DNA of 64,000 nt from positions 16,182,001 to 16,246,000 of the forward strand of contig CM060732.1 of the NCBI GenBank assembly GCA_030704615.1, given 5' to 3'. This document shows positions 37,382 to 49,184 of the stretch, piece after piece. The notes under the pieces are model-generated. The model was not told the origin of the DNA. It was given only the letters and a program-made list of their open reading frames with translations, and ran no database searches. Within the stretch, counting starts at the first letter, position 1. Each line of letters opens with the position of its first letter. Origin of the DNA: Takakia lepidozioides (Eukaryota > Plantae > Bryophyta). The position numbers were made by a program, and so were the translations under genes.

Positions 37382-38393
37382 CAGGCAAACTTCCCTACCT
37401 CAACCGTGCTAGAATCGGCGCTGATTATGTGCTTCCAACGAGTTGATTAATTCTAATTGTTGCCAGTTTAGGGTTTTGGACAATGTTTAAAGGGGATCCT
37501 CCTACATTTCATTGGTGCCGATGCATAGTATCGGCGCCGATTACATCCATGCACAAAATTTGGACGGCGCCAATGTCCTTAATGTGCACTGTTCAATGAC
37601 TTTGTCTGGACATTCGAAGGCAGCCGTTACATAGAATCGGCGCTGATTACATGGTTGCAGTGACAACATTATTTGCAATTGGTCAAGACTTGCATCTGCA
37701 ACACTATTAAACGGATGTTCTGCTCAATTCCACTGCTCCCCTTGAGAAAAAACGTCTCAGTTTACATACTCCCAAGGCATAATGCATTCAATTCGGCGTC
37801 GATTTTCTTAAGCGACAATCTTCGTACATTAATCCGACCAAATGGAAGATTTTTCTTACATATAATCGTCGCCGATTATATGTTAATGCAGGCAACAATC
37901 GTCGCAGGTTATCGCATGCCGGCCACATGGAACGACTAAATTGGCGCCGACTACACAATGCGTTCCTTGCTTGTACTGCGTAGTGCGCAATCCCAAAGGG
38001 GGTGGAGGATGTAATATGAGACTAAACTGTACTCCCACCACAATCACTCAAATTTCATTCTTCTTATGGGAACAGTTATTCGAATTGAGAAAATCAAATT
38101 GTACCCCGGGATTGCATCGCCCTTAAATATCTTCAGTGTGGCAGATGTCCAGTGGAGATGAGGAAGTGTTTGTTGTTGTTGTTGTTTTCACAAAATCGAG
38201 GTAAAAAACAATCCATCCCCAATCCACCCCCAAACGAAATGACGAGTTGTCCATTGTCAAAATCAAGGTTAAAATTTCACATAAATGAGGGCCCAATGGG
38301 TATATTTATTCATCCACATGAATTACGTAAGAAGCACTTCTACTATGCTGTTGGTGCATGGGAATGGTCAGCCTTATGCCTCGTGGAGTTAAG

Positions 38394-38970
38394 TCATGAA
38401 GGAGTAGGAACTTCGACTGCTCTGAAGACGAGGTCAAGAGTCATGGGGCTCCTCCAGGTAAAGTTGATAGGGGCCGTTCTCACGCCTCTGTTCAAGTGGA
38501 CGACAATGTCGTGCCCTTCAATCAAACCACCATGGAATATGGAAAGCTTTACTGTTGGCCCGCTGTTTCCGTAATCCATCTGAATACGAATATCCCCATT
38601 CACAAGATAAGATGTGCGGACTCGTTCAGGAGTGTACGTCACGGAGATGGAGTCATCCCAGGTCCACTGGCAGCAGTTCCAATGCCAAAGCATGGCCGTG
38701 CGTAATTTGTCCTCCTACCGGTCTCTGTAAGGTGGAATATCCAAGTCAAGGACGTGTAGGAGCCATAGACTCGGTAGACCGCCACTGTCGCCCCGCTCGA
38801 AAGCGTAGTAGCCTGGCAGATACTCTAAAGCTGTCAATGATTCCCCCCGCTCCCCTGAATCGTGATTGGAAACTGTCATCCAGATAACGATGTCCCCCGC
38901 TGACGGCGTAAACATTTCAAAGTCGACGCCTCCATAAGGGCAGTCCTCAGCGTCCCGGAAACACGGCATC
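38394..38970 (-). pseudogene. Orphan accessory ORF of element A (~190 aa, one in-frame stop)
   Basis: ORFs 38715-39131 and 38394-38693 are in the same frame, separated by one TAG; globular-looking composition; no recognisable motif. Confidence 0.35.
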
Positions 38971-39996
38971 CTTGCAAAGTAGAGAACAAGTCTATGCATG
39001 AAGAGTAAGTCGAAGTTGAGGAGCCAGTGAATTGTGGATGAGAATGACGTTGCACATGTCAACGGAGAAGACAGTTCAATCATGGAGTGATGAGAAGCGG
39101 ATGAGGACGGGTGCTCCAATAATGGAGGCACTGCAACATGGGTGCCACGTGTTCGTGTTGGGTGACACGTGACCGTCTTACATCCCTCAACTGTTTCATC
39201 CCGCTCCCGCTTGATGAAAACACACGGCCGGTTTTCCGTCGGCTTTCCAAGGTGGACAAAATTTTCCTCTAGTTTTCCGGCAGTTCATATTTGGGCACAT
39301 TCTGTTCTCGCCCTGGCTCCCTTCAAATCGGCGCCAATTTGCCTCAGAGACAATGTGGTAACGTACTGCGGAGTTCCTTCAGGCATACTACAAATGTTAA
39401 TTGAAATAGAATTTGGCGCCGATTTACTTCAGGGGCACTCATGAAATAGTAGAACTACAATTGCAATGGAGCCAGTTTGTGCAAGTAACAGTGTTCAGCT
39501 CTAAAGCGGAGTTCCTTCGGGGGCACTGAAAATGTTAATCCTATATAATTTGGCCCTACTGCAAGATTAACTCTGAAATTGTAATAGTACGCTGAATATA
39601 ATCGGCGCCGATTATATTCTGGCTGTCTTCGCGAATGACGATGACAATCGAAGGAACCATTGGGAGTTTGCATTTTGCGGATCACCCAATGGGAAATGCT
39701 CTAAAACTGGCAGAGTTTTTGCACACATCCAAGGAAACTAAACGGCACCCTTTTGAATTTTATTAAAAAAATGGGCCGCAGTGAAAGTGGCGGTTTTTGG
39801 CGATACCCCAAATTAATGGATGGCGGCGGGATTAAAAGCATATGTAATGGAGTTTCTGGCCGTTGACATGCGCCCTGTAGAAAGGTAAAGTTCGCACTTT
39901 GGTGGCACGTCCCACTTTCGGAACTTTGAAGAACCGGCTGCGCTCCCTCGCAGGCTCGGTTTTCATTCTGTGGCCTTGCATCGTCCTCTTGCAAGA

Positions 39997-42900
39997 ATGG
40001 ATCAATGGACAATGGACAATTTTGTTAGAGTGACGTGCCCTCCGGACACAGCGATTCTGAAATTCAGTGAGTGCGGGGGATTTGTCCGTTTTGCAGACCA
40101 TTTCCTGCTTGCGAGGTACTGCCTCAACCCACTTTCCATCGTGTTCGAACAAGAGGAACTTCATGATGGGGTTGTGGTCAGTTATTGGATTGCCAACCCA
40201 GTTCGTAGTGCTGAAGGGGACCCTTGGTTACTTCCATTTAAAGGCAAAGTTGGGTACAAGATTTCTGGTGTTCCGCTTGCACCACACATTGCAAAGACTC
40301 CTTCCAAGCATTCCCCCGCATTGACTCCCAAGACTGTGGCGTCTTTTGCTGCTGGACTCAGAGTAATCGGAAAGTATTGACTGTCCAGTGACAAAGAGTG
40401 TGTTGTTGTTGGTTCCACAAAGTCATCGTCCAAAACAGTCGTTGAAGCTGACCCACCTTCCTCCAACAATCCCAATTCCATTATGGAGGTTCTGCGGCTG
40501 CTTCATTGTAGTCAAACTTCAAGGAGCGCTCTGGCCAAAATTGACTTCTTCGACATTGAACACTGGGAGGTGCCACGCCTGCCCTGAATTGTCGATGGGG
40601 ATATTATGTACGAACTTCCACCTGTCCCCCCCATTACTACACCTGCTGGGGTGCTGGAAGGAATGGACCGCAAGTACGACGGGAATCCTTGGTGCTCTAT
40701 GAAGACAACGAATATCAAACTCCCGCTATTACAGGGGAAGGATGGAGCAGTCAGGTAAGATGCACACATCCTGTGTTTCTGCATGAAATTCGTAGTTTTT
40801 TTTTCCACAATTTGTTGTAACATCATCCGGCATGTGCAGGTACATTTCATGCGTTGGACAGTTGCGATGTCTAAGAACTACTTTCCCGCATTACATACGA
40901 GAGAGAACTCACAATGAAAGATTATGGCTGGGACATTACGACGGTCAATTCAAACCGCATTCCACGGTGCCGGACAACGCATTCCAGTGTGCAATCTGCA
41001 AGCATCCACCTACATGCATGGATAGGTGCCCTGCAAAGATGTACTACGTGACTGGACCTCCAACCATGATGAGGGCTGCAGCGCATGTCAGGAGGCATAA
41101 CCACGAGGCAGGCAGCAATTGCAGCAAAAGAGGTCGTTTTGGAGGAGGTCCACCGGTTGCCATCTGCGAGGCCAAAGGCTGTTGAGTTGCTTGCCGCACA
41201 AAAAATAGCCATGCAGCACATCCTCTCACTGGATGGGGGAAAACGCAGTCAGCTCTTTGAGGGTGAATTTGAAAATTTAGTGGAGGCTGTCGGAGATGTG
41301 GATTCTTCCTCCGTAAGATAGAATGTGCATAAACTGAAAGAGCAATTTGGATGGGGGGACGACATGAAGAACATTCTGACATTTAAGGGAAGCTGCGGCT
41401 ATGATTACATACATGGGAGTAGATTTCCAGGTCAAGGCTTGACGGAGGATAGGTGCTTTATGTTCAAAATGTCCACGGTCGGCAACGGGTCAGGTGTAGA
41501 TTTGGTGGAAATGATGAATAAAGGGGGGGAGTTGGAAAACAGTTGGGTAATGTTCGACAATGTGAAGAGAATCCACGGGTGGAGTACAATGGCTTGCCAT
41601 GTCTACCATCCGTCCTACCAGAAGCTAATGACCATCGCAATCTGTGAAATGAAGTCCGAGGACACACAGTTGTAGGTCCTCATGTGGGACTGCGTAAAGG
41701 AGCAAATGAAGAGGGCAGGCAAGAGGCCTCCACATTTTAGGGGTTTCATGGCTGACAATGCAAACGCCAATTGGGCGGCAGTGCGCAATGTCTTCGGAGA
41801 CGAGTCTCCAATGGAAGGTAGAGAGAGGTCTTGTGGTTTTCAATGGGGGCAAAACCTCTCATCGTACACCAAAAAATACTCTCAAGAGGGACTGCAATCC
41901 GCTCATCTGTCCTTGGCTGCCCAATGGAGGACGGCAAAAAGCAAGCAGGAAGCGGAGATGGCCTTCTTGATAATTAGATCATGGTGGTCATCCTCGTGTG
42001 CTGCAAAACTGGTTGATATTCCCGCGTTGGAGAGCTGGTTGTCGTGGTGGACATACCGCTACAAACAGTTGGGGTCTTTTGTAAGGGCGGTAAGTGTACT
42101 TGCAAACATTCATGGCCTAGTTATGGACCTTTTGCTCACATGAGCGGACAAATTTTCTCCCTGACAAATGGTGCATGTAAGGAAGGATCAGTGTCGTTGT
42201 AAGTTCACCCTATTCTAAAACATCGAATACGGTGACGTTGTATAACTGGCTGGGATGGAATCGGCGCCGACTAGCAATGTCATTCAAATGCAAATACAAA
42301 TAATTCCGTGAAACACAACCCGTGGCCTATATCCATCACCGGTTTTGAGTGGTGGAAATGAAAATCGGCGCCGATTTGTTTGAATGATGTTGCAGTATGT
42401 GTAATTCCAACGCGCAAAAACATATACTAGAGGTAGGAGGGGAAATCGTCGTCGATTTCCATTCACGATATTCCAGTATGTCTTCTTGCAGTGCGCAGAA
42501 CTTCTCCAGGTAGGAGAGGAAGTCGGCGTCGATTTCCAATCCCACCATTCCAGTGTGCATTGCGCAGCCAACGATAGTATTGTGGGAAATGGAAATCGGC
42601 GCCGATTTCCGATTTGGAGAGTGTCGATAGGGGGTGGAATTGTCTGTTTAGTAGACGAACATTGCAACATTGTTAATTGCCTGGATTGCGATGCCATTCT
42701 CTTCGAGCACCTTGTATGGCTGCTGAACAATGATGATTGTTGTGAACAGAGTCTGACATTGGAGGAAGATGCGGATATGCCAAACGTCAACATGTCGGAG
42801 TCAGTACATGCAAGTTGGCAAGCTGGGAGTGGTACCCAGAAGACAGATTTGTACACCGCAACACGACATGATATTGTACAGGCCATTTTGCAGAGCTCTC

Positions 42901-44122
42901 AATTCAGGAATTATTTGAAGGGGGGAACGAAAGGGCAAGGCCCCGACATGGAAGAAATGCTCATGCATGCTGCGATGAGGTCGACTGACCCATTGAAAAT
43001 GGCTGAAGCTGTCAAAAATTTCATGGTGGGCACTCCTTTGCACACGTGACAGGAAGGCCTGGAAGGAGATCTCCTTACACGGACAACGAAGAGGAAGATA
43101 CTTTCGAGAACTACCAAGGAGGACGAGGCCGACCATTCATGGAGGGCGGATATGAACCTCCGCACAGGACCTCGCAGATCCCATGGTGTAGGAGGATCAA
43201 GGTGTGGTCCTGCATGCATAGACTTGGATTCTGAGCAGGACTTCGATCAGAATTCAGTGCCCAAGCAGAATGGGAAGCCTGTTTTTGAGTTAGTTGTTTC
43301 ATCAGCCATTTGGCATATCGCCAAAACAACGGATACATGTCGACGCCGGTGCTGGGCGATTAGAACAGAAAGTGGAGCCCCATGCAAACAGCCCATTCGA
43401 CCTGCCAAATCCCTTGGTGTACCAGCACCCACATACAGTGCAATGTGGCATCCTCCATTTATGGTGAAGGAAACCCCTAAGGACTTCTGGTTTTTCCCCC
43501 ATGACATTCAGCAGTGTGTTCGTGGCGAACTTAGCAAGGATGTGAAAGATCGACCCCAACCAACCCATGTGTGGCCGGTGCAGGCAGGGACTGATTTGAC
43601 CCAAGACGAAGTAGACAAACTTGATGCGGCGGGATTTCATCTGGTGCCAGTGGATGATTGCAACGATGGGTTTGCAAGTGGAGCTACCACATACAATGGC
43701 CCGTATGAGAACAGGGATTACTACCCCACAAAAGATGGAACAAAGTCTACAAGCGCAAGAAGCAGACAGCTCTAGCACGGACAAAGGTCGGATTGGCTCT
43801 GACCCTCAGAGCCACAGTCCAGTCCTTTCGAAATGTGCCTCGGCCAGGCATTGGCAGGGTGTACAACATTTCCACAGCAAGGTCAGCCAAAACGGGATTG
43901 GTATACAATGTTTCCATCTCCATATTTCCTGATTGCAGTTGTCCGGATTTTACGACCACGCAGAATAAGAAGGGAGCGTACACTCACTGCAAACACATCT
44001 ACTATATTTTCCTCCGCCACCTCCGCTGTTCAACGGATCTGGAGACAATCAACTACCCCACTCTGAGTATGAACGAAGTGGAGTCTGTCCTTCGAAACAA
44101 CCCATGCGCCTGGGACGGGTAG
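39997..44122 (+). pseudogene. MULE-type DDE transposase with N-terminal domain X, GCM-like zinc finger and C-terminal SWIM finger (element A)
   Basis: GMDRKYDGNPW, CVGQLRC...CAICKHPPTC..RCPAKMYYV..RAAAHV..HNH (GCM/WRKY-like), WVMFD, FMADNA, CGFQW (CxxH position), PNVNMSESVHASW (E), CSCPDF...CKHIYY (SWIM); introns ~40755-40839 and 42090-42749; several stops. Confidence 0.85.
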
Positions 44123-44666
44123 AGGGACTCCACAATAACGGCATCTAATGTGGAAGGGGAAATCCTTGCACGAATGGTCGTCGAAGGACGTGGTTGGAAT
44201 GGAGGATGGTTGGCGTACTCATTTTGGTTAGTGGCAGAAATCGGCGCCGATTTAGACATGGTTCAGTCGTCGGATGGCAACACAGTGAAGGAAGCCCATC
44301 AAGTGTCGTTCAAGTCAGCGCCGATTTGGAAAACGCCACAGTCTGCATTATGTTTTTCGAAAGATACAATTTTTAAAATGACACTTAACTTTTAATTTAA
44401 GTAGGTATCAATTTATTCCAACGTGTTCCGTTCAATACATCTTATCCCCAGTCATGTACGTGGCCAAAGACTGTGACAATCTATGACATACAAAGATTGA
44501 AACTGAAACTACTTTTTTATGTGCTAACTGTGACTGTCCGTTCCTCATATTCTCCGTTGCGCATCCTCGTGAATATGAAGTTCGCTTCGTCGTCGTTTTG
44601 CTCAAAGTGCACTATGACCTCCTCATCCTCCAATTCATTGCAGCCATTGTAAATTCAATCGAGACA

Positions 44667-45053
44667 TTAGTGCAGTCTAAGAACATCACCGAAGGAAGTG
44701 GCGTCCTCACTGAATTCCCGGTTAAACTGCATGAATATCATATCCACGTACTTCCATTTGCAACACTTCCATTCATGAAGTAATGCTGTTCGGAAACGAT
44801 CGGGATCCGCATAAAGTGGCCAGTCCTGATCCATTATGCGTACATTGAACATTCGCCCACCACCACTGCCGAGGTCGTCGCGCCACTCCTCAAAATCATC
44901 CCGTGTCCATTCATGGCAAAACAACGAGAAAGAATTCTCAATGCGGTGGAATAAGGCAAGTGTGTCCTGTAGAAGAACAACTATATCACCATTGCGTGCA
45001 GAGTATCCACCCTCTTCCTCCCCCCATGGGCATCCTGCAGAACCACAAACCAT
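44667..45053 (-). CDS. Orphan accessory ORF of element A (128 aa, Trp/Asp-rich)
   Basis: Uninterrupted ORF between two palindrome clusters; no recognisable homology. Confidence 0.3.
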   Translation of the reverse strand: MVCGSAGCPWGEEEGGYSARNGDIVVLLQDTLALFHRIENSFSLFCHEWTRDDFEEWRDDLGSGGGRMFNVRIMDQDWPLYADPDRFRTALLHEWKCCKWKYVDMIFMQFNREFSEDATSFGDVLRLH

Positions 45054-46309
45054 ACTTCAGACGGAGACGTTCATGTAAAGTGAGAAATGAGAAAGTGTTC
45101 CCAACGAATGAGCGTTTCCTCAGAAAGAGGAACCTTTATAGTAATTTGAGAACCAACGGTAATCCAAACGGTACAGAGAAGACCACGTGCCACAAGAATG
45201 GATGATAAATGTCCAACAAGGAAAAAAATGGATCATCCCAATGGATGAGAAAATGAATGGATGGATTCAGTTTGTCACCACGACTGTGAGTTCGTTCGGA
45301 ACATTATGAAATTGTGGACTTTTTCGTGAAAACCAAAATATTGTACTGAACGTAAAATGGGCTAAGGTCTACCTGAGGTCACGTTAAGGAAATCGGCCAT
45401 TTATGTACAATGCACACCAACAGTTCCAGAATTAAAAACCCGTGCCGCACTTATACAATTCGGCGCCGACTTACACTAAAGATATGTACTCGACTGAGGT
45501 GTTCAAAATTACACATTCGTGAATGCCATTGGGTACCTACAAATCGGCATTTTTCCGGGAACGGTAAACGTTCACGAGTCCCCGGAGGTCCAACGATGGT
45601 CACTATTTATGAGAAATCGGCACCGATTTCACTTTCAGCTACTCCAATTTATGTGCAGTGGTCTGCTAAACCCGAATTTGAAAAAGAAATTGGTTGCCAT
45701 TATTCCCTTTTGCAGGGAAATTGCAAACAAAGGGGATTTATACATTTAGCAAAATAGCAAATTCGGCGCCGATTTGCCTTCCCATCTGATGACATGATTT
45801 CAAAATGTGATGCCCATCGTTCGCAAATTGCCATTTTGGTGCAGCTTTGAACGGGAATCAACGCCGATTTCCAGTTTCAGCACCAACGGAGTTCATGGCG
45901 CATATTCTCCGGTGTGAAATCGGCGCCGACTCCCTTTTCAGATTACCAATGAATAAGTCTGCAGGCATTTGAACTGAAACTCGGGTGAGGCGATTGGAAA
46001 CCGGAAATCGGCGCCGATTTGCCCCGGCAGGATTCTGAAATGGTTTCTGCATTTTTCCATTTGATATTGTCTAAAACCCGTCAGACAGCACTTCGGTGTG
46101 TGTCTCGCTCCTAGACACCATAGCCTTGTAAGTGTCTAAGGTGCACATTGCGCACATCTCATCTTCAGAGACGTAGAGGAGTACAGATATCGCGATTCAT
46201 TCGGTTCCACCTCAAAATTTTGCTGCCATGGAGGAGGGTGAAGGCTCTTGTCATGGAGAGAGCGAGGTGAGAACAAACGCGAGGCAGCTAGAGCAACCTA
46301 CGGCGGGAC

Positions 46310-46540
46310 GAGCAGCGCCACCCATGCTGGCGGATGGCGAGGATGAGGGGGGCATATTTTTGTCGTTTTTCTAGGGTGGAGGGGGCTGGGTATCGGTCGT
46401 GACAATATGTGAATTGAACGAAGTGAATGGTTAGCTCCCGGGAGGGGGAAATGGGTAGGGGGACATTGATGGGTAAGCCATGGACAAGTAGGATGTCCGG
46501 GCAGAGGCGAGAGGGACAGGTATAGGGCAGGCGCAACTAC
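46310..46540 (-). mobile_element. Second RLE-type LINE endonuclease fragment
   Basis: SRLCPDILLVHGLP...IHFVQFTYCHDRYP...EKRQKYAPL...QHGW, homologous to 36480-36655. Confidence 0.7.
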
Positions 46541-47800
46541 TGATTTAATCCCTTTAGGCATACGAACATTGTGTGCACACGCATCCATGTTCATTTTATA
46601 TAGGTTGGTGGAACAATGTGGACCCCGCAATTTAGCTCATTTTCCAGCGTTCGTGTTATTCAGCTGTGCAATCTTGTGGACTTGGCTCTCGAACTTTGCC
46701 ATTTTGACGTTTAAGAATTGGTGTCATACTTCCCAGCCACGCCATGATGTCGTCTGTACTATTCCGTCGATATGTGCTTGAATGCCCACCAAATCTTCCC
46801 TCTTGCTAATTAGGGATTCCAGTGGTAGGCTGAAATCGGCGCCGACTATCCATGTCAGTGACTTGTTGCTTGCTGGGTGACATCGACAATCTGTTTGATG
46901 TTAGCAAACAAATGAAACCTCCATTGATCTTCACATGGTACATTCGGCGCCGAATTCCACTTTTCCGAACACCAGTGACATTGGTGTTTGCTCGACTTTA
47001 TTTTCTTTTTGGCGGATTTGAGATTCTCTCGGAAGTGGGCGCCTAATTATCACATCGGACAACATTCACTGAAATCCAATCTTAAATGCAGGTGGCCCAT
47101 ATCTGCCATTGTGTACATTTGTGATAAGGCAACACTGGCAAGGCTCACATGCCGTTGAATGTTAATGTTTGAATCGGCGCCGACTTACCATCACACGGTA
47201 AATCCTTAATCCTTTGTGGGTGCATGATTGAGTGTATATCAGATTCTGTGAATGTTGGTTGAATTAAACGGTATTTGGATACTATGAGGGCTAATCGGCG
47301 CCGACTTTACTATACGAATATCTCTACACTGTAGTATTGGAAGTTCTCACATGCAAACTCTCATTCACTGCCATAGAATGTCAAAAAAAAAAATTGTTTC
47401 TTAAATAAACTCCATCCGAAAGCCCACAACACAGATGTTAATCATTCCAGAACTACAACTACTGCATTTGTAAACTTGAAGAAGGGTGTCCATCACAGTT
47501 CATTTTTCCGTCGTCATACAACTGACATTCGACGTCATGTCACGTTCAAAGCTGCCATTCACTGGCTGCGAATGTGACGTGTGTTTCTCCGATATCTGAC
47601 ATTCAGTAGCTGCCACATGACTTTGCATAGTCGAACCTGACAATGCAAGGGCCACAGCCCATGTGGTGGTCTGCCAACGCACTCTGACCATCCTGCCAAA
47701 CAAGAATTTTCTAGTGCAACGTCTTTGTTCGTCCTAGCAGGTGGACGTTGGAAGGCGAACTTGCAATAAAATAGTCCTCCGCTAGTGCTTCCGAACATCA

Positions 47801-48493
47801 TTGTCGCTGAATGTTCGTCCTGCTCTGCCCCTACTTTCTTCACTTCCCAGATTTACCAGGAGGATGTCTTCATGCGACAGGCCCTCATGCATTAGGCAAA
47901 CAAGATGCCGACGTTTGCAATGGCGACAACCACATATCGGAGACATTATGGTAGAGTTGCAATTTACAAGCGCATGCAATACTAGCACTGTCACCAACTT
48001 TCGAGCAGTTCTCTGCGACTTGCAATGGGTTAGACCGACAATCGGAAGACAGTGGATCCTTGTTGTGAGGGATCGACATGGTCAACGCCATGTTCGGTTC
48101 TTCCTCATGACATGTTGTACCGGCGAATTGGTGGCGTCGTACAGCCATTCGTACACTGCACCTCCACAGTACTATCTCCCTGATCTAACTCGTCAGTTGC
48201 TCTTATACTCATTTGGTCCGGGAATTATCTTGTTGACTTTAAGGCAGAATCAAAACAGGTTTCAGGTTGATGCACTCCAGTTCGACGGTAATGTAGAGGA
48301 GCTTCCTCAAGGCCTCCAATATATGTACGTCTTCACGAACCTCATGAATATAGACGTGTTGTACCTTCACATTTGTCATCTTCATCCATCAATGAACAAT
48401 GGGATGTGGAGGGCAGACTCGCCACTCCTCATTCTTAACATGTTCTTAGTGGACTCGCAGGTTCGTGCCGTGGATGTGAACATAGGAAGATAG
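47801..48493 (+). CDS. Orphan accessory ORF of element A (up to 230 aa)
   Basis: Long uninterrupted ORF between palindrome clusters; no recognisable motif. Confidence 0.35.
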   Translation: MSLNVRPALPLLSSLPRFTRRMSSCDRPSCIRQTRCRRLQWRQPHIGDIMVELQFTSACNTSTVTNFRAVLCDLQWVRPTIGRQWILVVRDRHGQRHVRFFLMTCCTGELVASYSHSYTAPPQYYLPDLTRQLLLYSFGPGIILLTLRQNQNRFQVDALQFDGNVEELPQGLQYMYVFTNLMNIDVLYLHICHLHPSMNNGMWRADSPLLILNMFLVDSQVRAVDVNIGR

Positions 48494-49184
48494 TGGATGT
48501 TTACTTTTTCCTGATCTTGTCTCTGAACTTTGCTTCAAGCATTTAGTTTGCAGTCAGAAGAACAACATTTGCTTTCATGGGCTTTGGTGCCAAATTATAT
48601 CAGTCGAGACAGATTTCTTGCAATTGTAACCTCTGCTCATATTTCTACAATACATATCTGCTTTACTTCCGCTTTGGAGACGTTGCAGCTCCAAACAGTC
48701 ATTGTGACGTATCATTTGGCTTATCTATTTTTTTTTTTAAATGTATGTTTCACTCGCATCATGGTTCATTTCGCAAAATTTCATTCCCCCATTGTCTTCC
48801 CATTTGAATTCCAAACTTTGGATTGACTTTGGAAAATGTTGCAATGGGAAATCGGCGCCGACTTGCCCCCACTTTCCAAAAATTGCGACGGCCCATCATT
48901 TAATGTCTACTTCCTACTCCTTTTCTCCGCATTTTCAGAGCTGTTCAGATACCACAGTCCGTTTCCATTTCTTTTTCTGCTGCTTTTCTGCTGCAGTTAT
49001 TTCTACTTTCCGCGGGTGGAGGGGTAATTCGGCGCCGATTTACCCAGTGACCCTCAATATTTACAGCCCGTGGAATTAGGCGGTGTAGTGTGTAATTCCG
49101 CCGAATATGTGAATATACCCCTCCGATTCTCTTCTGCTCATGCTCATGGCCGCTCTGCTCACCGCTCATGGGAAAACAATCCCC

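Larger units (their letters stand above)
37382..49184 (+). mobile_element. Element A: large Mutator-like (MULE/SWIM) DNA transposon, 5' end missing, seeded with AAATCGGCGCCGATTT palindromes
   Basis: Transposase pseudogene 39997-44122; >=25 palindrome copies between 37.4 and 49.1 kb; right end (reverse complement GGGGATTGTTTTCCCATGAGC...) resembles the terminus of element B. Confidence 0.7.

Noticed and set aside
36480-46540. Inverted similarity 36480-36655 / 46340-46540 as TIRs
   Set aside because: Similarity is mainly at the protein level (RLE domain) with many synonymous differences; these are two separate LINE fragments.
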